Positions 19,382 through 31,771 of a stretch of 64,000 bases of DNA are shown one piece after another (the stretch's first letter is position 1; every line of letters begins with the position of its first letter). The DNA is from Candidatus Micrarchaeota archaeon. GTDB taxonomy: Archaea; Micrarchaeota; Micrarchaeia; Anstonellales; Bilamarchaeaceae. Location of the stretch: contig JBDRPL010000010.1 in the NCBI GenBank assembly GCA_043827025.1, forward strand, positions 18,837 through 82,836, given 5' to 3'. Under the pieces are notes generated by a model. The model was given only the letters and a program-made list of their open reading frames with translations, was not told the origin of the DNA and ran no database searches. Position numbers and translations under genes: made by a program.

Positions 19382-19736
19382 ATATTGCCCTTATCCTGGG
19401 TGGTGAAAAAACTCCGCTGTATGACTCTACAATGCCAAGCGCCTCGCTTCCATTTCCGAATCTTACCCTTATCTTATCATTTTTCTTTCCTTTGTCAACT
19501 GCAGTGCCTGTCCTTCCAATAACAACAGGAGTAGAATTGCTTACTACTGAAACAGTGTCGCCTGCCTTTATCCCCCTTATCTCAGGATAAATGATGGATG
19601 CAGTTATTGAAATCGCGCACCCTATTGCCAGGAATTTTGCAAGATCTGTGAGATCTGCATCAGGTATCATGCCAAAATAAAAAAGCGACAATGCGACCAA
19701 TACTGCGAATAGCTTTACGAATATCTTAAGTCTCAT
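19359..19736 (-). CDS. Small membrane protein with C-terminal beta domain (NfeD-like)
   Basis: Two N-terminal TM helices followed by a beta-rich soluble domain. Confidence 0.45.
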   Translation of the reverse strand: MRLKIFVKLFAVLVALSLFYFGMIPDADLTDLAKFLAIGCAISITASIIYPEIRGIKAGDTVSVVSNSTPVVIGRTGTAVDKGKKNDKIRVRFGNGSEALGIVESYSGVFSPPRIRAIYEEIANV

Positions 19737-19779
19737 TTTATAGCACCATTACTTTCATCATCTATATTCATCGATCTAT

Positions 19780-22874
<3,095 letters not shown>

Positions 22875-22899
22875 GCGCTGTTCAAGGAACAGTCTATAA

Positions 22900-24594
22900 T
22901 CAGGATTCCTCTTCCCAAAGTTTCTTTATGAGTCCTTTCAATTCCTCTCTTTTCTTTCTGAATTCGGTCTCTTCTTCCCTGGTGAGGGTTATTTCATTGG
23001 CAACTTCATCTTCTGTGATGCCCTCTTCGCTTCCAAGAGCACCACTGCTCCTTATGGAAAGCATTTCAGCTTGTTTTGAAAGCATATTGAGTTTCCTTGT
23101 AAGGTTGCCTGCAAGCGTGACAGTTTCATCTATTTTGTATTTTATCTCGTCTATAGTATCTTTCTTGTTTTTTATCTCTTCTATGTTCTTGAGTAGCGGA
23201 CCTATATCTCCAATCTCGCCCTTTTGGAGTTTCTTCCTGTAGTTTTCTATTTCGGCATCTATGCCTTTTGAAAGTTCCTTTTTCATGCCTTGCACATCTT
23301 CTTCTATTTCAGAGAGCTGTGTCGAGTAGGCTTCCAGCGAACCAAGAGTCCTTTCCTTTATCTTCTGGAACGTTGCATATGTGCTTCCTTCTTCCTCAAC
23401 TGCCCTGAACACTTCTTCGGATTCTGCGATTATTTGGTTTCTTATGTCCTCTGCCTTCTTTTGTATCGTCTTGAATTCCTTGAGTATGTCTATTGGGCCT
23501 GAAACTTCTGAAAGGAGTTTTTCCATTGCCTCCATTTTTTCTCCCAGGTCATTTTCCTTGGATTCCAGTTCTGCCACCTTTGCATTGACTTCTTTTTGCG
23601 AAGGGAATTTTTTCATTATGTCTTTTGCAACATCTATGGAATCTGCGAACCTTTCAACAGTGTCGGCATCGCCCTTTATTTCTTCAAGCATTTCAGCGCT
23701 TCTTTTTTGGACGTCTCCCATTGTCTTGAGCATGCCCTGCATTTCTTTTTTCATGGACTCTGTTCTTTTCTCATGGGTTTTTATTGCATCTGCTATTGAC
23801 TGGCTTAGTTCAGCGGTTTCTGTGAGGTTCCTCATATCTTCCTTTACCTTGAAATTGTTTTTAGCAAGATCCTTGAATTCTAGTTTTAGCTTGTCTAGTT
23901 TTTTGGTGAAATCGAGTTTCTGCATTTCTTTTGGCAGCATTTTCCTGGCTTCATCTATTTTTTCCTCGATGTCTGTGACTTCTGTTTTTATGCCTTTAAT
24001 CTCTTTTCTTAGAGAATCCATCTTGGTGTTGTCCATTCCACCCTTTCCTTTTATTTCGGACTTGATTGACTGTACCTGGCCCTTGAGTTCCTTGTTAGAG
24101 TTTTCAATTATCTGAAGTTTGTCTTCAAGTTCCTGTTTCTTGAATTCGTAATCCTCGTATTTCTTTTCGAGTATTGTCTTGATATCTGTATTTGCCCCTA
24201 GCGAGCCTTCTATTTTCTTTATCTTCGGGTAAATCTTTTCGTAAAAATCGTCAAATGTCTTCTTCATTTTCTCGAGGCTCTTGATCTCAGGTTCAATTTC
24301 GTCTTTTAGTTCCGCAACCTTGGTTTTTACAGAAGCCTTTTCCCGATATATGGCCTGGGTCTCCTTTTCCACTTCCTTTTCAGTTGGTTTGACCCAGCTT
24401 AAGTAGACTTTGGTCAAATAATAATCAACGCGTATTATTCCCTCTTCATCAAGAACCTTGGCCCAGTCTTCGACCTGTTCTATTTCGATTTTGAGGATCT
24501 TAGCTGCCATTTCGAGCTCTATCTTCTGCTTTTCCTTTACTAATCTAACAAGTTTGTCCACACCTGTCGTAACAAGAAGCTCGTCGAATTCCAT
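22900..24594 (-). CDS. Long coiled-coil protein with N-terminal winged-helix domain
   Basis: TGVDKLVRLV...AAKIL...VEDWAKVLDEEGIIRVDY followed by about 480 aa of E/K-rich heptads; no Walker motifs. Confidence 0.7.
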   Translation of the reverse strand: MEFDELLVTTGVDKLVRLVKEKQKIELEMAAKILKIEIEQVEDWAKVLDEEGIIRVDYYLTKVYLSWVKPTEKEVEKETQAIYREKASVKTKVAELKDEIEPEIKSLEKMKKTFDDFYEKIYPKIKKIEGSLGANTDIKTILEKKYEDYEFKKQELEDKLQIIENSNKELKGQVQSIKSEIKGKGGMDNTKMDSLRKEIKGIKTEVTDIEEKIDEARKMLPKEMQKLDFTKKLDKLKLEFKDLAKNNFKVKEDMRNLTETAELSQSIADAIKTHEKRTESMKKEMQGMLKTMGDVQKRSAEMLEEIKGDADTVERFADSIDVAKDIMKKFPSQKEVNAKVAELESKENDLGEKMEAMEKLLSEVSGPIDILKEFKTIQKKAEDIRNQIIAESEEVFRAVEEEGSTYATFQKIKERTLGSLEAYSTQLSEIEEDVQGMKKELSKGIDAEIENYRKKLQKGEIGDIGPLLKNIEEIKNKKDTIDEIKYKIDETVTLAGNLTRKLNMLSKQAEMLSIRSSGALGSEEGITEDEVANEITLTREEETEFRKKREELKGLIKKLWEEES

Positions 24595-24648
24595 ATGCTT
24601 ATAATAATTTAGATATGGTTAATAAACTTGCGCCTCCATTATTTTTGA

Positions 24649-26169
24649 GTGGTACTAATGGATCAGGGCTTGGATTATAACATCATCAAAAACGAAAAGG
24701 GTCCTCTTCAACGTTTCAAGAACCAAAATCTCCTTTTGAAAAAGTTCGGAGAAGTTGGCCTTCAGGTTTACAAAGTAATAACTGGGAAGAGAACTGTCAA
24801 CGAGCTTAGGAAAGACCTTGGGATGGATAATGATGTTTTCTCAGGTATAATTACTTATATGGAAGAAGCAGGCATGATAACTTTGGAGTCTGCTGGTGAA
24901 TCCAAAAAGCAGAAACCTTCGGAAACTGGCAAGGCAAAGGGAAGGAAGCCTATAGAAGAACCTACTGAAGAGCCTGTTGAAGAAACAAAAGAAGAGAAAT
25001 CACCTGAAGAATCATTTGAGATACTTCCTGAGGAGGATCTTGAGATAAAGCCAGATGATGGGGCAAATGAAGAATCAGATATTTTCCCTCCAAGGTCTAG
25101 GAAGGGCCAGAAAAAGAAACCTGAGGAGGAGATTTTTGAAATTTCAGAAGAAGACACTACGGCCTCTGATGAAAATACTGAAGAACCTCAACAGGAAGAA
25201 GAGGTTGCTGAAGATGCTGATGATCAAGAAAAACCTGTGGATGAAATAGAGCCTTTCGAGGTAGAAAATGCTGATGAAGAGCCACTGACTGATGAAGCTA
25301 GTGAGGGCAAAGATACTTCAGAAGAAGGCGAGACGCGGGAAGAAGAGGACCTAGTACCTTCAGATGAGGGTGAAGGATTATCTTTGGATGAAGGGTCTGA
25401 AGATTTGAGCCCTGTGGAGAAAATAATAAAGGAGAAATATGGCGACGTTGGTATAAAGGTTTACACTCTTATAGATGGCCAGAGGACTGCTGAAGAGATA
25501 ATGAATGAAACAGGCCTCACGGAATCAAAGCTTGTTGAAATATTGGATTTTATGGATGAGCAGGGCATAATAAAGCTTGAATATCCAAAAGGCAAGAAGA
25601 AAACCGAAGGTGGTCTAAGTTCTGGCATTGAAGATGTGCACAAGGAGGAGTTCATTCCAATATTGTCTTCCCAGGAAGGCGATGCGGATATGAAGATAAT
25701 CGATCTTTCTCCTTTAGAAGTTCCTATAAAATCAAGAGTAGATATTATGGCTTCTATGCAGCTGAAGGCAAAGCTTTTCATGAATCAGAAAGCCTCGAAA
25801 GTGTATGATGCAGTTGATGGCCAGAAAGATTCTATTGACTTGTGCCTGAAGCTCAACATCCCCATCTACGATCTTGCAAGTGTGTTGAAGTTCCTGATTT
25901 CAGAGAAGGTAATTGTGGTTAAATCGCTGATGCGCGCAGAAGTGAAGAAAAAATACGGCGATGATGCATACAATGTCTATAAGAAATACGGAAAAGAAGG
26001 ACTTTTGCTTTACCAGCTTATAGGTCGTGAAGACTTGTCATTCAAGCAGATGGCGGACAAAGTTTCAAAGGACAAGGAGAAGATAGTCGAGATATTCATG
26101 TTCATACAGAAAGTACTGAGTCTTGACCTTCCGCTTGATAAGGATGTGCTATATAAACAGCTTGAATGA
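24649..26169 (+). CDS. Protein with repeated winged-helix-like domains and long acidic linker
   Basis: Repeats KKFGEVGLQVYKVITGKRT, EKYGDVGIKVYTLIDGQRT, KVYDAVDGQKD, KKYGKEGLLLYQLIG; E/D-rich linker of about 170 aa. Confidence 0.7.
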   Translation: MVLMDQGLDYNIIKNEKGPLQRFKNQNLLLKKFGEVGLQVYKVITGKRTVNELRKDLGMDNDVFSGIITYMEEAGMITLESAGESKKQKPSETGKAKGRKPIEEPTEEPVEETKEEKSPEESFEILPEEDLEIKPDDGANEESDIFPPRSRKGQKKKPEEEIFEISEEDTTASDENTEEPQQEEEVAEDADDQEKPVDEIEPFEVENADEEPLTDEASEGKDTSEEGETREEEDLVPSDEGEGLSLDEGSEDLSPVEKIIKEKYGDVGIKVYTLIDGQRTAEEIMNETGLTESKLVEILDFMDEQGIIKLEYPKGKKKTEGGLSSGIEDVHKEEFIPILSSQEGDADMKIIDLSPLEVPIKSRVDIMASMQLKAKLFMNQKASKVYDAVDGQKDSIDLCLKLNIPIYDLASVLKFLISEKVIVVKSLMRAEVKKKYGDDAYNVYKKYGKEGLLLYQLIGREDLSFKQMADKVSKDKEKIVEIFMFIQKVLSLDLPLDKDVLYKQLE

Positions 26170-26171
26170 GG

Positions 26172-26552
26172 TCATATGCGGCTAATGGACATCTTTTCCA
26201 GTTCCATATCGGTAGCTTTCTTTCTTATTTTGTATTTTATCTTCTTTCCAATTTTTATTTTATCTGCATCGTCTGTAAAATTTATCAATAGTATTTCATT
26301 CCTGTCCTTGAACCTCATTTCTTCAACAGCTCGTCCGATGTCTTTTTTCCCAGAGAGCCAGAGAAGAAACTCGAGTTTCTCCTTTTTCGCCAGGTTTGTC
26401 TTGTTTTCAATGGATTTTTTGCATAGCTCGTAGGCCAGCATTATCTGCTCCTCGCTTGTCTTTTCAGGGTCAAGAAGCAGTATTTCATTTTCCATTTCCA
26501 GTCCTTTAAGCTCTCCTATACTTAGGTCTGATGAAATGATTTCAAATTTCAT
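26172..26552 (-). CDS. cgi121: KEOPS complex subunit Cgi121
   Basis: NLAK..LEFLLWLSGKKDIGRA motif. Confidence 0.75.
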   Translation of the reverse strand: MKFEIISSDLSIGELKGLEMENEILLLDPEKTSEEQIMLAYELCKKSIENKTNLAKKEKLEFLLWLSGKKDIGRAVEEMRFKDRNEILLINFTDDADKIKIGKKIKYKIRKKATDMELEKMSISRI

Positions 26553-26677
26553 GCATTATTTATCTCCAGTATCATTAAAAACTCCATCCCGAAAGAGTTA
26601 AAAAAGCTACTCATGAACATTAATTTCCTATTATATTGATTATAGAGTATAATGGAATATTTATTCGAGGTTAATTT

Positions 26678-27061
26678 ATGGATCAATATCAAAGATCACA
26701 CGAGAAGAAAGTCGGAAGCGGCACAGGCGGCCGTAAGAACAAGGCAAGGGACAAGAAGCTTGCGCACATGGGAAACCCATTCATTAGCCCTAGAGTCAGG
26801 GATGTAGAAGAAACGGTATGCATGAGGGAAAGGGGCGGAAACAGAAAATTCAAGGTCAAAAAAGCACTTTTCATAAACGTGATCATGAAGGACAAGAAGG
26901 CGAAGAAAGTGAAGATCATCTCTGTTGTCGAGAGCCATAATCCTGAATTCGTAAGGCAGAATGTAGTCACCAAGGGTGCAGTTGTGAATACTGAACTTGG
27001 AAAGGCAAGAGTTATGAACAGGATTGGCCAGGACGGATTAATCAACGGCGTTCTTCTCTGA
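26678..27061 (+). CDS. rps8e: 30S ribosomal protein S8e
   Basis: GTGGR, RGGNRK, VTKGAVVNTELGKARV, GQDGLINGVLL. Confidence 0.95.
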   Translation: MDQYQRSHEKKVGSGTGGRKNKARDKKLAHMGNPFISPRVRDVEETVCMRERGGNRKFKVKKALFINVIMKDKKAKKVKIISVVESHNPEFVRQNVVTKGAVVNTELGKARVMNRIGQDGLINGVLL

Positions 27062-27136
27062 TTTTATCTTTTTATCATCTTATTTTTCTGATTTTTTAAT
27101 CTTCTAATTTATTAATTTTCTCTTCTTAATCAGCCT

Positions 27137-27835
27137 ATGCAGTATAGATATTTTTGTCTGTTGCTGATTGTGCTTGTTTTTTTCGGGTGCACTAGTAATA
27201 TTCCGGCAAAGCAAGGAAACGGCCAAGACAATGTTACTGTACAGAATATTTCAGAGAATGGTGAAACAATGACTGCGAAACAACACATGGCCAAAGAAGA
27301 TTATCTGAAGATTGGGAAAGTTGTCAATAATATTCCTGAATTCCCCGGACAGAAGATGCTGGAGATATATAAGAAAACAGAGTTCAAGTTCAAGCCATTT
27401 GCAAAGAAACTTGTGGAATCTCCGTACAGCAACACGAGCTGTGCTTATTATGTTGCAATAGAATACGATGATTCCGACCCAGAAGCAAGGCAGCACATAA
27501 ATACTCAGGTTTCAGACAACGAGTTCTTTGTCGAATATGATTCCTATTGGATAGAGCCGGATGTTGTGAAACTAGAGGTGTATGATGGGGAGAAATTCAC
27601 CTACAGCCTTGAACCAATCATCACAAAGAAGGGAAAGAAGACTTATGAAGAATATTGCATTGTCCCTGGTAGGGAATACATGCTCAGAATATTCGCATAT
27701 GGCTCGTCATATGAAGGCGATGGTGGAGTTGTAAGCAGGCAGAACTTCCATTTCTACATAAGCGACCAGAAGTATGATGGAAAGAAGATGGTGAAGGAAG
27801 TCTCGACAGAAGTGGAGAGTACTTCTCGCACATGA
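27137..27835 (+). CDS. Putative lipoprotein
   Basis: Signal peptide with lipobox-like VFFGC. Confidence 0.65.
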   Translation: MQYRYFCLLLIVLVFFGCTSNIPAKQGNGQDNVTVQNISENGETMTAKQHMAKEDYLKIGKVVNNIPEFPGQKMLEIYKKTEFKFKPFAKKLVESPYSNTSCAYYVAIEYDDSDPEARQHINTQVSDNEFFVEYDSYWIEPDVVKLEVYDGEKFTYSLEPIITKKGKKTYEEYCIVPGREYMLRIFAYGSSYEGDGGVVSRQNFHFYISDQKYDGKKMVKEVSTEVESTSRT

Positions 27836-27844
27836 TTTCAGGTT

Positions 27845-29905
27845 TCATCTAACGTTTCCTTCTTTTATTTTATATGATTCAATTTTCTTGCCATTTGCAG
27901 TCAATGGTTTTCCATTGTAATACGCCTTTCCTTCTTTCACTTCCATCTTTACTTTTGAGAATTCCTTGAATGATATTTTTTCCTTTGGCTGGCCATGCTC
28001 GCCTTCTACTTTTATTTTCGTGCCAACTGGAACATCTGGTGAAAACAATTCATATTTTGTTTCCTTATCTTCAACACCAAGCACCATTCCTTCGGATTTT
28101 GCATTACGTATCACAGCCGGCTCAAGGTTCTTTACTATGACAACAGTCTTCCCAACTATCTCTTCAGGAGTGTAGTCTTTTGCAAGACCTGACACCACCT
28201 GTATTTCTTTGTCTCCGAGTTTTATCTTTTCGATGAACAGCTTGTCTGCATCAGGATGCTTCTTTGCCTCTAATATTTGGCCAACTTCAAGGTCAAGATC
28301 CGCGAACTTCATCTCAATTTGCACTGGCTTGGCTGCCTGTTGCTTCAATTTTTCAATCTGTTTCACATCAATCTTGTTGAACAATATCTGCGGTTCTCCG
28401 ATTAATTCTACAGGGAATATGGTAAGCATTTCACGTATTCTTTTGGTTGTATTCGGCATGTAGGGCTCTATCATGTCTGCAATGAGGTAAACCTGCCGTG
28501 CCAGCAAACAGATTACAGTTGTTGCCCTTTCCATATCTGTCTTTACCAATTCCCAGGGCTTGTTGTCCTGGAAATATTTGTTCGCATTCTTGCTGTATGC
28601 CATTATCCTGTGGAGCGCGCTGGTTAATTCATATTTTTTCAAATCCGCTTCAACTTCTTTATTTATTTTTTCTTGCCCTTCGAGGAATTTTTCATCCTCT
28701 TCAGTGAATTCTCCCTTTTCGTTTTCCATTTCTATTTTCGAATCAAAATTGTTTTTTATGAAAACTAAAGTTCGATTGACAAGGTTTCCCAAATTGGCAA
28801 CAAGCTCATTGTTTATTCTTTCAACAAGCTTTGACTCTGAAAAGTCTCCGTCATCAAATGTTGGCACCTCTGCCATTAAATAATATCTCAATTGGTCCGC
28901 GCCGTATTTTTCAATCAGCACCATTGGGTCAAGCACATTGCCAAGGCTTTTGCTCATCTTCTGGCCCTCTACTGTGATATATCCATGGACAAATATTCCT
29001 TTTGGCAGTTTCAATCCTGCGGAAAGAAGCATTGCTATCCAGTAAATGGCATGAAATCTGATAATTCCCTTTCCAATTACATGCAAATCGCAGGGCCACC
29101 ATTTCTTGAACTTCTTTTCATCGAATCCGTAGCCTACTCCAGTTATATAACAGCTCAATGCATCGAACCATACATACATTATCTGTGTCTCGTCCCCTGG
29201 AACTGGCACGCCCCAATTCCTTGCCCTTGCCACTGACCTTGAAATGCTGAAATCCTCTAATCCTGCCCTTATGAAGCTCAGTACTTCGTTTTTTCTGGTT
29301 TCAGGATATATCTTCAGTTCATCATTCTCTATAAGTTGTTCGAGCTTCCTCTGGTATCTTGAAAGCTTGAAAAAGTAGTTTTCTTCTTCCACTTCAACTG
29401 GTTTTGAATTATGCTCTTTGCATAAACCATCTGAAAGTTCATCTTCCTTGTAGAATGCCTCGCATCCAACGCAGTAAATTCCCTTATATTTCTTTTTGTA
29501 GATGTCTCCTGATTTATTGCACAGTTCCCATAGTTTCTGCACACCTGGCCAATGATCCGTCTTGCTCGAGGATTTCTTGAACTCATTATATGACAGCCCT
29601 ATCTTGTCTGCAAGTTCCTTGAATTTTCGGCCGTTTTCATCGCATAATCGCTGGGTGGAGATGCCAAGCTTCTCAGCCGCCTGCACGTTCTTCAAGCTAT
29701 TCTCGTCAGCCCCTGTGGTGAGGAACGTTTCCTTGTAAAGCCCAGACTGATATCTTTTGATGACATCTGTTTGTACGAATTCCAGCACGTGCCCTATATG
29801 GGGTTTTGCATTCACGTATGGAATGGCGGTTGTTATGTAAAATGTCTCTGCCTTTCTGGGCTTTGGTTTTGTCCGATTTCTTGTTTTTGATGCCATGAGA
29901 ATCAC
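27845..29905 (-). CDS. metG: Methionine--tRNA ligase with C-terminal tRNA-binding OB domain
   Basis: YITTAIPYVNAKPHIGH, YVWFDAL, FHAIYW, KMSKSLGN; C-terminal HPDADKL...SEGM. Confidence 0.96.
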   Translation of the reverse strand: MILMASKTRNRTKPKPRKAETFYITTAIPYVNAKPHIGHVLEFVQTDVIKRYQSGLYKETFLTTGADENSLKNVQAAEKLGISTQRLCDENGRKFKELADKIGLSYNEFKKSSSKTDHWPGVQKLWELCNKSGDIYKKKYKGIYCVGCEAFYKEDELSDGLCKEHNSKPVEVEEENYFFKLSRYQRKLEQLIENDELKIYPETRKNEVLSFIRAGLEDFSISRSVARARNWGVPVPGDETQIMYVWFDALSCYITGVGYGFDEKKFKKWWPCDLHVIGKGIIRFHAIYWIAMLLSAGLKLPKGIFVHGYITVEGQKMSKSLGNVLDPMVLIEKYGADQLRYYLMAEVPTFDDGDFSESKLVERINNELVANLGNLVNRTLVFIKNNFDSKIEMENEKGEFTEEDEKFLEGQEKINKEVEADLKKYELTSALHRIMAYSKNANKYFQDNKPWELVKTDMERATTVICLLARQVYLIADMIEPYMPNTTKRIREMLTIFPVELIGEPQILFNKIDVKQIEKLKQQAAKPVQIEMKFADLDLEVGQILEAKKHPDADKLFIEKIKLGDKEIQVVSGLAKDYTPEEIVGKTVVIVKNLEPAVIRNAKSEGMVLGVEDKETKYELFSPDVPVGTKIKVEGEHGQPKEKISFKEFSKVKMEVKEGKAYYNGKPLTANGKKIESYKIKEGNVR

Positions 29906-29947
29906 ATTTATGTTAATACTCTTAAGAGAGAAACATTTTTAGTTGAT

Positions 29948-30270
29948 TTGAAAAATGCAAATCTGCCGCAAACCAATTGCTTTGGCTTTAGATGGAGCAT
30001 TTTTCAACATTAGGGAACTTTGTTCCTTATGTTCATTGACCCATGGTTAATTGGGATATTTGACAGTCCAATTGAACGCTGTGTGTTCAATGGACACATG
30101 AACGATGTTCGTTCATGCTGTGTCGCGACCGAAGCATCGATGTCGTGAATTGTTATTCACGAACATGCTCAAGAACGACGCTTCGTTCTTGACATCACAA
30201 GTATGCTTGCGAACCTTAGTTCGCGACATCTCATTGGCTGACTGGCCAAATGGTTACATAAGTCTATGTA
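29948..30270. other. Intergenic array of about nine or more adjacent and nested inverted repeats
   Basis: ttgaaaaatgc/gcatttttcaa; tagggaac-ttt-gttcctta; catgaacg/cgttcatg; tcgtgaat/attcacga; tcaagaacga/tcgttcttga; enclosing tgtcgcga (30121)/tcgcgaca (30221). Confidence 0.8.
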
Positions 30271-30375
30271 CGTTTTTTGTGGCATTGCCGTATTTATCTA
30301 TTTCTGAACTAATTATTCTGATAGGAATTAAAGTTCGCAAACCAATTTCAGAAACAAAAGACTTATATATGGTTT

Positions 30376-31104
30376 TTGCTTAAGTGCAACATGGATAATA
30401 AATCTGTTTTTTCATTGGGATTGCTTTTGATGCTTCTGCTCAGCGGTTGTACACAGAATATCTTTGATCAAGTGCCTCCCTTTTCTCAACCGCCTCCTGT
30501 TTCCCAACAACCGCCTGTTTCTGACAATAAGGTTGGTGGCAATGATGTGGGTAACGGGAACGACGTGTCACATTTTTTCTGCGGAGACGGAACTTGCAAT
30601 GAAGGAAAAGAAACAATAGAGAACTGCCCAAGTGATTGCAAGCTCTGCGACCTTTTAGTAAAGGAATATGGTCGTGGGCCTACGTCATCCCAAAGCATGA
30701 GGGATATGATAAACGGAGAGTATAAGGAACTGGATGCGCAGGTGAATAAATACGCTCCTGGCATGGACTGGCTGCCTTTAAAATTTGAGGAGAACAAGGG
30801 AAAAAGAGTGACGTGGGTTGGCGTTGTTAGAACTATTTCTAATAATGAAAATGATTTTGTGGTGGTTTTTAACACCGGTGGAAGGACGTATTCTGCCAAA
30901 GTAATGCCAAAAGATGATTATGATGTCTGCATGACTAGTTTCATTCACCACAAGTCAACCAATGAAATGATTTGGAAAAACGACGTGGTTTTAGTGAGTG
31001 GGCGGCTATCGGGCGTAAATACTTTTGGAACTATCTATTTGGATGATGTAACTGCTCTGAGATTGTTTGATGGCGATACCAGTCGCATTTCCGGAGTCAA
31101 GTGA
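30376..31104 (+). CDS. Putative lipoprotein with small Cys-rich motif and OB-fold-like domain
   Basis: LLSGC lipobox; CGDGTCNEGKETIENCPSDC; KGKRVTWVGVV. Confidence 0.7.
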   Translation: MLKCNMDNKSVFSLGLLLMLLLSGCTQNIFDQVPPFSQPPPVSQQPPVSDNKVGGNDVGNGNDVSHFFCGDGTCNEGKETIENCPSDCKLCDLLVKEYGRGPTSSQSMRDMINGEYKELDAQVNKYAPGMDWLPLKFEENKGKRVTWVGVVRTISNNENDFVVVFNTGGRTYSAKVMPKDDYDVCMTSFIHHKSTNEMIWKNDVVLVSGRLSGVNTFGTIYLDDVTALRLFDGDTSRISGVK

Positions 31105-31177
31105 ATCTGCCAGAGTCGCACGTTGCTCATTGGCCGAACATTCCTATTTTAATATTTTTCTATTCTCTTATTCCGAT

Positions 31178-31732
31178 ATGAATTTTGATGTTAAATCTAT
31201 TGGCAGTCTAAGGAGGAAACTTGGCCTTACCCAGAACCAGCTTGCCAAGCTGTCAGGTGTGAGTCAATCTCTTATAGCAAAGATTGAATCCAATAGGATT
31301 GATCCCGCATATTCCAAGGTGGTTGCAATCTTCCAGGCAATTGAGCAGGAGATGAATCGAAAGAAGCAGACAAAAAAAGCACGAGATCTCATGACCAGAG
31401 ATTTAGTTTATGTCTCTCCGGAAGAATCGCTTGAGAAGGTCATAAAGCTCATGAAGCAGAAGGCCATTTCACAGGTTCCAATATTCGATGGAAAGAATTA
31501 TGTTGGCAGCGTTACCGATGACATGTTTGTCGACTGGTTTACAAAATATGGCAATCGCCTTGGAAACGTTATGGTTTCCGAAGTGATGCATGAATGTTTT
31601 CCGATTATCCCTGTAGACTCAGACATTGACATAATTGTAGAGATGCTCAAATTCTATAAAGCGCTTTTGGTTGCAAATGGAAAAGTAGTGGGCATAATCA
31701 CAAAAGCTGATCTGATGAAAGCTATGAAATAA
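31178..31732 (+). CDS. XRE-type HTH plus CBS-pair transcriptional regulator
   Basis: LRRKLGLTQNQLAKLSGVSQSLIAKIE; ARDLMT...GIITKADL. Confidence 0.9.
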   Translation: MNFDVKSIGSLRRKLGLTQNQLAKLSGVSQSLIAKIESNRIDPAYSKVVAIFQAIEQEMNRKKQTKKARDLMTRDLVYVSPEESLEKVIKLMKQKAISQVPIFDGKNYVGSVTDDMFVDWFTKYGNRLGNVMVSEVMHECFPIIPVDSDIDIIVEMLKFYKALLVANGKVVGIITKADLMKAMK

Positions 31733-31771
31733 TTCATATGAATACATGATGCTGTAGATGGTTTGTTTTTT

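Noticed and set aside
22900..24594. SMC/Rad50 call for the coiled-coil protein
   Set aside because: No Walker A/B, signature, hinge or zinc-hook motifs
29948..30270. Possible RNase P RNA or CRISPR array
   Set aside because: No GAGGAAAGUCC-type P4 signature seen on either strand; the hairpins are not identical repeats
30105..30383. 92-aa ORF in the hairpin array
   Set aside because: Runs through palindromic DNA and has no protein-like features
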